Of a stretch of 64,000 nt of DNA, positions 1 through 8,694 are shown piece by piece. Numbering within the stretch: the first letter of the stretch is position 1; each line of letters begins with the position of its first letter. The notes below the pieces were generated by a model. It had not been told where the DNA came from and searched no databases. It saw only the letters and a program-made list of their open reading frames with translations. Made by a program: the position numbers and the translations under genes. The DNA comes from an uncultured Prevotella sp. (GTDB lineage Bacteria; Bacteroidota; Bacteroidia; Bacteroidales; Bacteroidaceae). Location of the stretch: positions 8,072 to 72,071 of the forward strand of contig CAMUYR010000009.1 in assembly GCA_947164965.1 (NCBI GenBank), given 5' to 3'.

Positions 1-165
1 TTCCAGATAGACACTTTCTATACGCCTGTGAATAATCTCGTGTTGTTGGAGACAAAGGGCGTGGCAGAGCAGGAGAGCGTCAATTTCCCGCCTTTCATCA
101 AGGTTATTAAAGATGTGACGGGTAATCCTGAGTACTACAACTACAACATTGCGTTGAAGAGGTAA
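1..165 (+). CDS. 3' end of a CYTH-domain protein (partial, runs off the window)
   Basis: Frame 1 reads FQIDTFYTPVNNLVLLETKG...FPPFIKVIKDVTGNPEYYNYNIALKR*, resembling the CYTH C-terminus. Confidence 0.55.
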   Translation, partial: FQIDTFYTPVNNLVLLETKGVAEQESVNFPPFIKVIKDVTGNPEYYNYNIALKR

Positions 166-195
166 GATGGCTGATGTCTGATGGCTGATGTTTGA
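166..195. repeat. Heptamer array GATG(G/T)(C/T)T x4, intergenic
   Basis: GATGGCT GATGTCT GATGGCT GATGTTT directly after the stop codon. Confidence 0.85.
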
Positions 196-259
196 AGCCA
201 TTTTGCTGAATAAAACTAACCGTTCGCTGAAACCTTTCGGTGGACGGTTAAACTTTTCG

Positions 260-267
260 TACCTTTG
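260..267 (+). promoter_or_regulatory. Bacteroidota -7 promoter box TACCTTTG
   Basis: Matches TAnnTTTG upstream of the ATG at 336. Confidence 0.65.
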
Positions 268-335
268 TAACGTCAAAGAATCGAACATTAGAAAAAAACT
301 TCATTTAGTAATAAACAACTTAAAATTTAAAAGGT

Positions 336-842
336 ATGAAAAAGATTGTAATGACAATGGTAGCCCTGCTGACAATGACAGCAGCTGTAGCACAGGACAA
401 CGAGAACCGTCAGCGTCGAGAGTTCAAGAAGCCAACCCCCGAGGAGATGACCAACCGTATGGCTGAGAATCTGAAGTTGGATGACAAGCAGAAGTCAAAA
501 GTGCTTGAGCTGAACAAGGAATATGAAAATGTGCTGATGGGTGGTCCTGGCATGGGCAGAGGCTTTGGCAAAGGTATGGGCCGTGGTCCTCGTCCTGATG
601 GTGAGACAGGTGCCACAAAGGGTAACGATCAGCAGAAGCAGCGTCCTCAGCGTCCAGAACTGACTGACGAACAGAAGGCACAGATGAAGCAGCATATGGA
701 GAAACGCCAAGAGTACGACAAGAAGCTGAAGAAGATTCTTACCGACGAGCAGTATAAGAACTATCAGGAACAGCATCGTCGTCATGGACACGGTCCACGT
801 GGTCCTCGCGGTCACCGCGGTCCTCGTCCAGACATGCAGTAA
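336..842 (+). CDS. DUF4890-like (Spy/CpxP-like) exported helical protein
   Basis: Signal peptide ending AVA-Q; PEEMTNRMAENLKLDDKQK and LKKILTDEQYKNY motifs; G/R/P-rich low-complexity stretches. Confidence 0.7.
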   Translation: MKKIVMTMVALLTMTAAVAQDNENRQRREFKKPTPEEMTNRMAENLKLDDKQKSKVLELNKEYENVLMGGPGMGRGFGKGMGRGPRPDGETGATKGNDQQKQRPQRPELTDEQKAQMKQHMEKRQEYDKKLKKILTDEQYKNYQEQHRRHGHGPRGPRGHRGPRPDMQ

Positions 843-2932
843 ACCGTTTCCTTGTTGCTGTCGATGGGCAAGCGCTGGTTATCAATGACAAGCCAGCCTT
901 GCCCATCGCTGGCTTTTATCTTAATCTGTTCACGGTTCATCTCGATATGGATGAGTCCGTGTGGTGTAGGCACATCACCTTCCAGCCATTCCAGATCGCC
1001 CAGGTTAGGCCTTACTTCATATTCCTCATAGCCAGGCTTCGTAGGCTGTACGCCCAGATAATATTTGCCTAACAGATAGACGGGCGATGCTCCCCAGGCA
1101 TGACACAATGATTTGCCATAGGGACGTCCGTACATCGCCAGATGCTGGGTGCCGGATTCCGATGGGACGTATTTTTCCCAGAACGAGGTAGCACCCTCAC
1201 GTAGCATTCCACCCCAGTAGTCGCGCATTTCCTGAAGCACTTGGGTATGCAAGCCGTCAATGCAAAGCGTCTCCAGTTCGTAGAAACGCATGTATGGCGT
1301 CGTGATAGGATCGATATCAGGATTGAGCATCACACTTTGCATAATCTCCCGTCGCTCTTCTTCGTAGGCTAGTCCGTAGAGGATGGCAAACATATTGGGG
1401 AACTTGGTGATCTGTTTGTTCATCACACCTTCCTCAATGGCATGATAATATGCTTTCTGTTCGTAGCTCCAGAAGGTCTGCTTAATCTTATTGCGCAACT
1501 CTTCTGACTTCACACGATAGCCGTTCTTGATGCCTAGCAGTTTGGCACAGATAGCCATCGTCTCCATAGCCTTCATAAGCAGTATCTGCTCGAAGCACAG
1601 CGTGCCACGTTTGTGCATGGGGAAATCCACCCAATCTACGAAAATCCAGTCGTCAGGTTGTCCCTCGGCCATACCGTTTGCATTCAGACGCCCTTCTACA
1701 TAATCCATCAGCGTCACCATGCGTGGCCACATCTCACGTACAAAGTCAATATCAGCAGTATACTGGTAGTAGTCGAGGATAGACTTAAACCAGTAGAACG
1801 TATAGTCCATGATGGTATTGACATGAGCCGTCACAGGGTCCTTACCGCGTAGCTGACGGATGGTACGCTTCACGCACTCCGTATCGAATCGCAGGTAGTA
1901 GTTCATCAGATACGACTGGATGGCATCACCGCTCCACGTCCAACGGTCTCGTTTAATGCCATCCATGAAAAACTCACGGGTGGTGAGGTCCATGGTGTAG
2001 GCTGCCACATCCCAGATGCGGTTTATCTCGTCGTCAGAACAACGGAACGAACCACTATGCTGTGGATTATAAGGCGTGTATTCGTAGTCCATCAGCACCT
2101 CGTCGTAGCTGGCGTCGCCGTCCTTTTCGATATAGACAAATCGAAAGGCTTTGCTGCTACACACGGAGACAGTCCCCCTGTGCTGAATCGCACACGGGGA
2201 CAGTCCCCCTGTGCTAAGTCCCCCTGTGCTAAGAACGTCGAGCGTTTCGCAATGCTCTTTGTCAAGGGCTTCCTCGCGGCTCTCACCATAATAAATATGG
2301 ATGGTTCCGTGCAGGCCTTTTATCTTCAGATAGCCGAAGGTCTCTTTCCCGAAATCGTAGAGGGTGCCGTTGGTTGCGATGACATCGCTACTTATAGGGC
2401 AAAGCTCTTCGCGCTCCAGACGGTAGCTGGAGGGTGGGGTGTCAGGACTGTCGAAATGCCAGGAAGCAGCAGGCACGTAGATGCCAGAACCATGCGCCAC
2501 GCCGTTTTCGTCTATCCATAGCTTGTCTTCATACGTGGCGAGCCAGGTAGAGTCGGTATGGATGGTGCTGCCTTCTATGTAGAGGGCTGGTGGTGTGGCT
2601 TGATTCCATACTTTCAGGTTGAGCTTATGTTCTCCTGCAGGTATACGATAAGTAGATGCAGGAAACTGCAACTTACCATCGAGTGCAAAGTTATACTGTC
2701 CCTCGCAGGCAATGGTGATCGTCTCCTCCTGCTCAAGGGTAAAAGCCTTCGAGAATTCTACCGTCACATAGTGTGAATCCTGTTTCCAGAACGGTGGAAA
2801 CATAGCACCACGTTCCGTCCTGCGGTTATTGAAAATATTACCTAGCCATATCTCGAAGTCGCCAGGATACCATATCCAGGTAGCCTTTTGGCTGTTAGCC
2901 ATTAGCTGTTGGCTATTATTTGATGCCTGCAT
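812..2932 (-). CDS. Alpha-L-rhamnosidase, GH78 family (BT1001-like)
   Basis: FRCSDDEINRIW, DGIKRDRW.WSGD and SLCHAWGASP motifs; TWIWYPGDFEIWL N-terminus; no signal peptide. Confidence 0.85.
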   Translation of the reverse strand: MQASNNSQQLMANSQKATWIWYPGDFEIWLGNIFNNRRTERGAMFPPFWKQDSHYVTVEFSKAFTLEQEETITIACEGQYNFALDGKLQFPASTYRIPAGEHKLNLKVWNQATPPALYIEGSTIHTDSTWLATYEDKLWIDENGVAHGSGIYVPAASWHFDSPDTPPSSYRLEREELCPISSDVIATNGTLYDFGKETFGYLKIKGLHGTIHIYYGESREEALDKEHCETLDVLSTGGLSTGGLSPCAIQHRGTVSVCSSKAFRFVYIEKDGDASYDEVLMDYEYTPYNPQHSGSFRCSDDEINRIWDVAAYTMDLTTREFFMDGIKRDRWTWSGDAIQSYLMNYYLRFDTECVKRTIRQLRGKDPVTAHVNTIMDYTFYWFKSILDYYQYTADIDFVREMWPRMVTLMDYVEGRLNANGMAEGQPDDWIFVDWVDFPMHKRGTLCFEQILLMKAMETMAICAKLLGIKNGYRVKSEELRNKIKQTFWSYEQKAYYHAIEEGVMNKQITKFPNMFAILYGLAYEEERREIMQSVMLNPDIDPITTPYMRFYELETLCIDGLHTQVLQEMRDYWGGMLREGATSFWEKYVPSESGTQHLAMYGRPYGKSLCHAWGASPVYLLGKYYLGVQPTKPGYEEYEVRPNLGDLEWLEGDVPTPHGLIHIEMNREQIKIKASDGQGWLVIDNQRLPIDSNKETVYCMSGRGPR
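2160..2233. repeat. Palindromic GGGGACAGTCCCC element, about 2.5 copies, in frame in GH78
   Basis: cacacggagacagtccccctgtg / cacacggggacagtccccctgtg / gtccccctgtgctaag; encodes LSTGGLSTGGLSPCAIQHRGTVSV. Confidence 0.85.
2886..2917. repeat. Heptamer array (GCYAAYN family) forming the GH78 N-terminus
   Basis: TTTTGGC TGTTAGC CATTAGC TGTTGGC; encodes NSQQLMANSQK. Confidence 0.8.
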
Positions 2933-5900
2933 TGTTTTTGATTTGTTCGTTTACTTGTGGTCCGTTATTCTCCCAGATGTTGCCAGGACCATTGGCATTC
3001 TTCAGGAATTTCTCTGCTGGTGTCCAGTTGTCACGGATGGTGATGTTCGAAGATCCCTCGTCGGTATACAGATAGAACCAATGGTTGGGGGCGTGGACGT
3101 AGCTGGGTGTAGCAATGTCGCGTACCACATTCTCACTAATCAGCGTTCCTGGCTGATTTCCCAGCGTATAGATACCTGCACAGTCGTACATGTGTTGGGC
3201 GTAGTTGTAGATGAGATTTGCGTGCACCTTATTATCCTTCATACATACCAGGTCACGGTTCCAACCCCAACCCAGCGAGATACCCGTGTATGAGACATCG
3301 TGGATGGTGTTATGCTCGATATTGATGCCCGAAACATAGCCCGCACAGATGGCCACACAGCCCCAGTCTTCATTGGTGACGTTATAGAAGAGGCTCTGCT
3401 CCACCGTCTGGTTGGTACATACCTCCCGAAAGTCTGTGGGCTGATAGGGCAGGTGAGTCTCTAATCCTTCTGGCGAGAAGGAACCACACACATAGCCATT
3501 CATCGCGATATCCGTAAACGTACAATGTGTCGTCTTGCCACCACGACAGCCCACGACATAATCAAGACCAGAGCCACCCAAGTGTTCAAAGCGGCAATTC
3601 TCGAAATTGATGTTCTCCGTATGGCGTAGTTCCACAGCGGCATCAGCACGTCCCAACCATCCCTGATTGTCCAGTTTGTGATTGTTCGGACGGTCTATCT
3701 GTGGGCGCAGCTTATAAGCTTCCGTCAGATACATGCCAGCCTGCAAGGGCACATGACCTTTTTCCGATGGGCGCATCCAAGTCGTATGACTGAAGGTGAC
3801 ACCTTTTATCTCTATATTCCGCACAGGACGTTCTGCTGTACCTATTACCTCCACCAACGTTTCGAGAACAGGAACGACGGCAGTAAATTGTTCACTTTTC
3901 ACGTTTAACTTCTCACTTTCCCGTGGCATGTAGTATAGCTTGTGCTCACGGATGTCGTGATACCACTCGCCAGGTACATCCAGCAGCTCTTTGGCATTTG
4001 TCAGATAGAATGGTGACGGATGTCCTGTATTGGGTGTCATAGGCGAAGGCCAGGGATGCTCAAACTGCAGCTTAGCTTCCGGGTTGTGAAATCTCACAGC
4101 TACGGAATCGCCCTGTGCTGTCAGACTCTTGATGCGCAGGTTCGATGTGCACCACATCTCGTGCAGTACCATCTCAGCGTATGGCGCCTTCATGATTGTC
4201 TCCACCGCTTTCTTTGGTACCCACAGAATATGGTTCTTCTTGTCGTAGGTGCGTATGCGGTTCATCTCTTCAAAGTCCTGTATGTCACGTGCTCGGATGG
4301 CTTTCTCTCCGTTTACCCATAACTGCCTGAAATCCAGAGGTCGCCCGTTGAAGTCTGGCACATCTGCCACCATCAGTTTCCCTTGGCGCTTCCAGTTCTT
4401 AATCGCCACTCCTCCGCTGATTACCGCATTCTCTCCTTCTATGCGCAACCCGCTATCTTCCGGACGCAGACGGATAGGTTCGTAGAGCCAGTAGGTGCCA
4501 GCACCGAGATGGATGGTGACATCAGTGGCTTGTCCTAATCGGCGCATTTCGCGAGCCTTCCTGATGGCATCCGTCAGCGATGAGTCGGGTGTGATGTTGA
4601 TATCTGCAGCCTGGATGGGCAGATACGAGAAGAGGAAGAATAGCAATATGCCTACAAACTTCTTAAAGTGAATAGAAAGCATCGTCAGGTCGTCACTCTG
4701 TTCTGCCTCTCCTACAAATGTGTGTACAGCTTCAGTCATATTATCAATCAGTTGCTTGGGATCTCTGCTTGATGTCTCAGCCACCTCGTTGATGCGCTCC
4801 TCCTGGAACTGCTCGTGGTTGATATTCTCAGCCTCCGTCAGTCCGTCTGTATAGAGGAAGATGGTTGTCTGGTCGTCAATCTCTGTTTCCTGCAGCGTAA
4901 AGTCCCAACCACCCATCACACCTGCAGGCAGGTTCGGATCGCAGGGTAATAAGCCGATGCCTCGTTCACCTATCAAGAGTGGCGCATCGTGTCCCGCATT
5001 ACAATAGCTCATGTGTCCGGTCTTGAGGTCTAGCACACCCACAAACAGAGTTGCAAACATGTTCGAATCGTTGCCTTCAGCCATAGCGTCGTTGATGCGT
5101 CTGACTATCAGGTTGGGTGCTGTCTCATGCATTGAGATAGTACGGAACTGGGCCTGTGTCACAGCCATCACCAAGGCTGCAGGCACACCCTTTCCCGATA
5201 CGTCGCCAATACAGAAGAAGAGGTTGTTGTCGCGGAAATAGAAATCAAACAGGTCGCCACCTACCGCTTTGGCAGGTTTCAGTCGTCCGTAGATGTCCAC
5301 CTCTTGGTGATCGGGGAATGGCGAGAATGCCTTGGGCAACATCGACATCTGGATATCGCTGGCAATATGCAACTCACCTTCTATCATTGCCTTCGAGGCT
5401 GTTGTCTTTTGCAACTGGTCGATATATTGCGTCAGTGATATCTGCATGTTCTCAAACGAGTCGCGCAACTCGCGTATCTCGTCTTCTGTCTTAATATTCG
5501 GCAGTTCCGCATTAAAGTCGCCCTTTGCCACTTCCGATGCCGAATTTGCCAGAGTCTTCAGTGGGAACAGCTGCGAATGGATGACAGTCTTCAGCACCAC
5601 ACCTATCGTCAGCAAGAGCACAATGAGCAGAATCAGCATGTGCATTCGCAACCTGTTAGGCTGCTCCATCACTTTCTCTTCCGGGATAGTGAAGCAGACA
5701 GACCATTGTACTCTCGATACTGGTGCATAGAATACCAGCGAGGTTCCTTGTTTCTTTTTCGATGCGTTCGATGTGAATAGCGCCAGGTCGTTGATAGTGT
5801 CTACGCCCTTTTCCCATCTCAGCATCTTGTTGGCCAACAGCGATGCTTCATTGTCTTTTATCTTTCTCAGTTGTGTGACGGCATTAGCCGTTTGTATCCA

Positions 5901-6617
5901 TTGAATATCAGGATGGCACACAAACTGAGAGTCGCGCCCCAGGATGAACACCTCCGAATAGTCGTAAGGCTTGGCACCTTCCACAATCTGCTGCACCCAG
6001 CGCAGGTCTACGTCGGCACACAGAATGGCATAGGTCTCTCCCTGCTCGTCGTGTAAGGGTACAGAGTATGACACCATCGCACGTTTCGTCGACATCGAGT
6101 CGATATATGGCAAGCACCAGTAGCCTTTGTCCAGCTTGTTGGTGTATATCCAGTTGCTGTCCGTCTCCAGATAGCAGAAGTCGTTTTCCGGACCGCCTAT
6201 CTCGTCCTCAGTCAGTTCACCGGTCATGGGATCGCGCGAGATGGTTGGTGCATAGTAGCGTCCTTGATCGGGAAAATAGTCGGCTTTATACATCAGTGTC
6301 ACGGCGGCGATGTCTTCGTTGGCTTCTATCAGTCGTTGCAGTAGTGTGTTTGCCAGCATCTCGTGAGGCGCCATCATGTAGGCATAGCTGGCTGCTGTCT
6401 TGACTGCCGTCTCAACTGTCGACACACGGTTATCTATCACCTTGATGGCATTCTCCATCGAACGGCTAGCCTGACGGTGTGTCTCTTCAGCAACGATGCC
6501 GCGTGTGTAGTTCATCTGCCATAATCCTCCTACCAGCGTGATAATCGTCACAATACCCAGCACCATGATGGTAGTACGTATCGCAACCGATCTGTTCAGA
6601 ATCCCAGGAAGTTTCAT
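2916..6617 (-). CDS. Fusion: TM-Cache-TM-HAMP-SpoIIE/PP2C phosphatase + hydrophobic linker + GH141-like beta-helix glycosidase
   Basis: Single 1233-aa ORF. PP2C motifs VGGDLFDF, IGDVSGKG, NAGH, LYTDGLTEA, SDDLTML; then FVGILLFFLFSYLPIQA; then BT1002-like LDFRQLWVNG, HVPLQAGMY, DNQGWLGR, YLYTDEGSS, NANGPGN. Confidence 0.85.
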   Translation of the reverse strand: MKLPGILNRSVAIRTTIMVLGIVTIITLVGGLWQMNYTRGIVAEETHRQASRSMENAIKVIDNRVSTVETAVKTAASYAYMMAPHEMLANTLLQRLIEANEDIAAVTLMYKADYFPDQGRYYAPTISRDPMTGELTEDEIGGPENDFCYLETDSNWIYTNKLDKGYWCLPYIDSMSTKRAMVSYSVPLHDEQGETYAILCADVDLRWVQQIVEGAKPYDYSEVFILGRDSQFVCHPDIQWIQTANAVTQLRKIKDNEASLLANKMLRWEKGVDTINDLALFTSNASKKKQGTSLVFYAPVSRVQWSVCFTIPEEKVMEQPNRLRMHMLILLIVLLLTIGVVLKTVIHSQLFPLKTLANSASEVAKGDFNAELPNIKTEDEIRELRDSFENMQISLTQYIDQLQKTTASKAMIEGELHIASDIQMSMLPKAFSPFPDHQEVDIYGRLKPAKAVGGDLFDFYFRDNNLFFCIGDVSGKGVPAALVMAVTQAQFRTISMHETAPNLIVRRINDAMAEGNDSNMFATLFVGVLDLKTGHMSYCNAGHDAPLLIGERGIGLLPCDPNLPAGVMGGWDFTLQETEIDDQTTIFLYTDGLTEAENINHEQFQEERINEVAETSSRDPKQLIDNMTEAVHTFVGEAEQSDDLTMLSIHFKKFVGILLFFLFSYLPIQAADINITPDSSLTDAIRKAREMRRLGQATDVTIHLGAGTYWLYEPIRLRPEDSGLRIEGENAVISGGVAIKNWKRQGKLMVADVPDFNGRPLDFRQLWVNGEKAIRARDIQDFEEMNRIRTYDKKNHILWVPKKAVETIMKAPYAEMVLHEMWCTSNLRIKSLTAQGDSVAVRFHNPEAKLQFEHPWPSPMTPNTGHPSPFYLTNAKELLDVPGEWYHDIREHKLYYMPRESEKLNVKSEQFTAVVPVLETLVEVIGTAERPVRNIEIKGVTFSHTTWMRPSEKGHVPLQAGMYLTEAYKLRPQIDRPNNHKLDNQGWLGRADAAVELRHTENINFENCRFEHLGGSGLDYVVGCRGGKTTHCTFTDIAMNGYVCGSFSPEGLETHLPYQPTDFREVCTNQTVEQSLFYNVTNEDWGCVAICAGYVSGINIEHNTIHDVSYTGISLGWGWNRDLVCMKDNKVHANLIYNYAQHMYDCAGIYTLGNQPGTLISENVVRDIATPSYVHAPNHWFYLYTDEGSSNITIRDNWTPAEKFLKNANGPGNIWENNGPQVNEQIKNNAGIK
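3891..3918. repeat. Heptamer array (TCACTTT family), in frame in the GH141-like domain
   Basis: TTCACTT TTCACGT TTAACTT CTCACTT; encodes SEKLNVKSE. Confidence 0.7.
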
Positions 6618-6639
6618 GTTCTATCTCTGTTTCTCTTGC

Positions 6640-7899
6640 TTATTTCACATTCAGTTTAGCGTATGCTTCTCCCATCAGCAGCAGGTCTTCATGATGCAAA
6701 AGGCTCACCTCGACACCCTTCTGGAATATCATCACGATGTCGCTGCCGCCAAACTGGAAGAATCCCATCTCGTCGCCCTGCTTCAACTCTTGTCCTACGT
6801 GCAGCGATGGAATCCAGTTGACGCTGCATATCTGCGACATGCCCACAGGCAACATCGCCACGAGTCCGTAGTCCTTCGTTTCGATGATGGCACAGGCACG
6901 TGTCTCTACCATCTGGAATCCTAAGTTGTTCTGATAGTAGTACAGCTTCTGCTCGTCGTCCCACAGCGTATAGCCACCACCTGCTGCAACACCAGGAATG
7001 CGTCGCAGCTCCAGCAGTTTGCCGCTGACGGGGGCATGGTAGCGGTGATAGCAGTTGACGTCCAGGAAGGTATGTGTCAGCGTACCGCCGGCAAAGGCAT
7101 TCTTATAGGCTGAATCATCACCTATCAGCTGTGCGATGTCGCTGAGTTTGGCAGTCTTGATCTGCAGGTCGTCGTAAACCAGTTGGTTGTTGTCGTCGAT
7201 AGCCCATGTCTTCTTGGGCCATGAGTCGGCAGGTGCTATCACATCCGCATCAGCAATGGGTCGCATCTCAGGTGACGCCAGGCTGCGGGCAAAAAACTCG
7301 TTGAAGGTCTTCCATTGGTTGCCCTCGCCATACCATCCTTTCGTCAGTCCCCAGTCGGGGTCCGATGCCAACATCTCGTAGTATGTGTCGTTCCAACTCT
7401 CTTCGGTTTCCAGAAAATCGCCCCACGACTGCGCATAGGTGGTAAGCCACGATGCAAAGGGCTCCACGAATTCGACTGTAGGATAATAGAAGCCTCGGTC
7501 TTTGAGTGCCTCCAACGGCTGGTCTACCACAAACCAGAAGTAGCCGATACCCTGATCTACTCTTCCGTAGAGCGACTGCCCGTAAGTGCCTGGGGCAGGG
7601 TAGGGCATCACGTCCCAAGGCAGACAGCGTATGTTACGGTCTACGAAATCGCAGAACTCGTCGAAATTCTGTGCGGGATTATAGCGTCTGTCGGGATTGA
7701 TGACTGCTGCCTGGCTGATAGCCTGTTCCAACAATTGGCGCACCTCCGTGTTTTCGTTGCAGATGCGAATCAGTTCGTTGACAGCCTCCGTATGTTGTTT
7801 CTGTGGTGGTACTACGGGATTGTCTTCCACACTACACGAGGTGTAGAAGAAGCAGAGTAACGTGGTGAAGACCAGAAGCCTCAGTGTTTTCTTGTTCAT
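6640..7899 (-). CDS. Phosphatidylserine-decarboxylase-family (pyruvoyl) enzyme with a lipoprotein signal
   Basis: FNEFFARSL, PADS, YHRYHAP and FQFGGSD self-cleavage motifs; N-terminal hydrophobic stretch ending YTS-C. Confidence 0.75.
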   Translation of the reverse strand: MNKKTLRLLVFTTLLCFFYTSCSVEDNPVVPPQKQHTEAVNELIRICNENTEVRQLLEQAISQAAVINPDRRYNPAQNFDEFCDFVDRNIRCLPWDVMPYPAPGTYGQSLYGRVDQGIGYFWFVVDQPLEALKDRGFYYPTVEFVEPFASWLTTYAQSWGDFLETEESWNDTYYEMLASDPDWGLTKGWYGEGNQWKTFNEFFARSLASPEMRPIADADVIAPADSWPKKTWAIDDNNQLVYDDLQIKTAKLSDIAQLIGDDSAYKNAFAGGTLTHTFLDVNCYHRYHAPVSGKLLELRRIPGVAAGGGYTLWDDEQKLYYYQNNLGFQMVETRACAIIETKDYGLVAMLPVGMSQICSVNWIPSLHVGQELKQGDEMGFFQFGGSDIVMIFQKGVEVSLLHHEDLLLMGEAYAKLNVK

Positions 7900-8603
7900 T
7901 GGGGAATGCTTAATGTTAGTCCGACAACAAAGTAACCTTTTTGCGAGCAGGGATTACCTATCAGCTGTGCATAGATGGGCACTGAGAAGTGCTCGGTAAT
8001 CTTGATATCCTTGGTGGCTTTCACGCTGACGTTGGTCACCGCAAAGCCGTTGGTTTCATAATAGGTGGTGGCATAGGGTACAACGCCTACCGTTGCCTCC
8101 CAGTTGCAGGTAGCCAGTTTGAAGGGTGCTGTCACTTCAGCATACGACGAATAGGCGCGCTTGTCACTTTTGTTCACACCGTCGCCTCCTGCAAAGATCG
8201 TCTGCCACGAAGCAGTGAGAATGCCGAAGTCGTAGGCAATGAACCCTTCAAACGCATGATAGGTCGAGTGGGCATTGTAGTCGAAATATTTCGTGTCCGA
8301 GTATCCGCTCCAGTAGTCTACGACACCAAGCGTCAGTCCTCCTGTGGTGTACGATGCCGTCAGGTCAAACTCCCTGGCGTCTTCCGATGTTGTCAGACTC
8401 ATCGAACCCCATGCCGAGAGGCTAAATCCCTTCCAGCTGACGCCCAGATTCGGCTGCACACTGGCGTGACCTAATTCCATACCGCGCCAGATATACTGGC
8501 TGACAAAATCTGCGGAGAGGGTTGCTTCCACCTTCTCCTGAGCATTCACTGCAGACCATCCTGCAGATACTAAAAGCACTATGGCAAATAAATAGTTGCG
8601 CAT
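7896..8603 (-). CDS. Outer-membrane beta-barrel, TorF/Gcw_chp-like putative porin
   Basis: Signal peptide ending VNA-Q; ADFVSQYIWRG motif; alternating beta strands. Confidence 0.6.
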   Translation of the reverse strand: MRNYLFAIVLLVSAGWSAVNAQEKVEATLSADFVSQYIWRGMELGHASVQPNLGVSWKGFSLSAWGSMSLTTSEDAREFDLTASYTTGGLTLGVVDYWSGYSDTKYFDYNAHSTYHAFEGFIAYDFGILTASWQTIFAGGDGVNKSDKRAYSSYAEVTAPFKLATCNWEATVGVVPYATTYYETNGFAVTNVSVKATKDIKITEHFSVPIYAQLIGNPCSQKGYFVVGLTLSIPQ

Positions 8604-8694
8604 GGTTATATATAATATATCTTATATATAACGACGACGAAGCCCGGATATTGTCATCATTACAAAATAATATGTTGTTCGTCATACTAATACT

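Noticed and set aside
217-250. Hairpin TAACCGT...ACGGTTA upstream of the 260 promoter
   Set aside because: Probably a terminator or operator; nothing distinguishes these or marks it as unusual.
188-466. 92-aa ORF
   Set aside because: It spans a promoter and overlaps the better-supported 336-842 ORF in another frame.
8642-8653. 12-mer AAGCCCGGATAT matching the reverse complement of the 11397-11408 terminator arm
   Set aside because: One short match could be chance.
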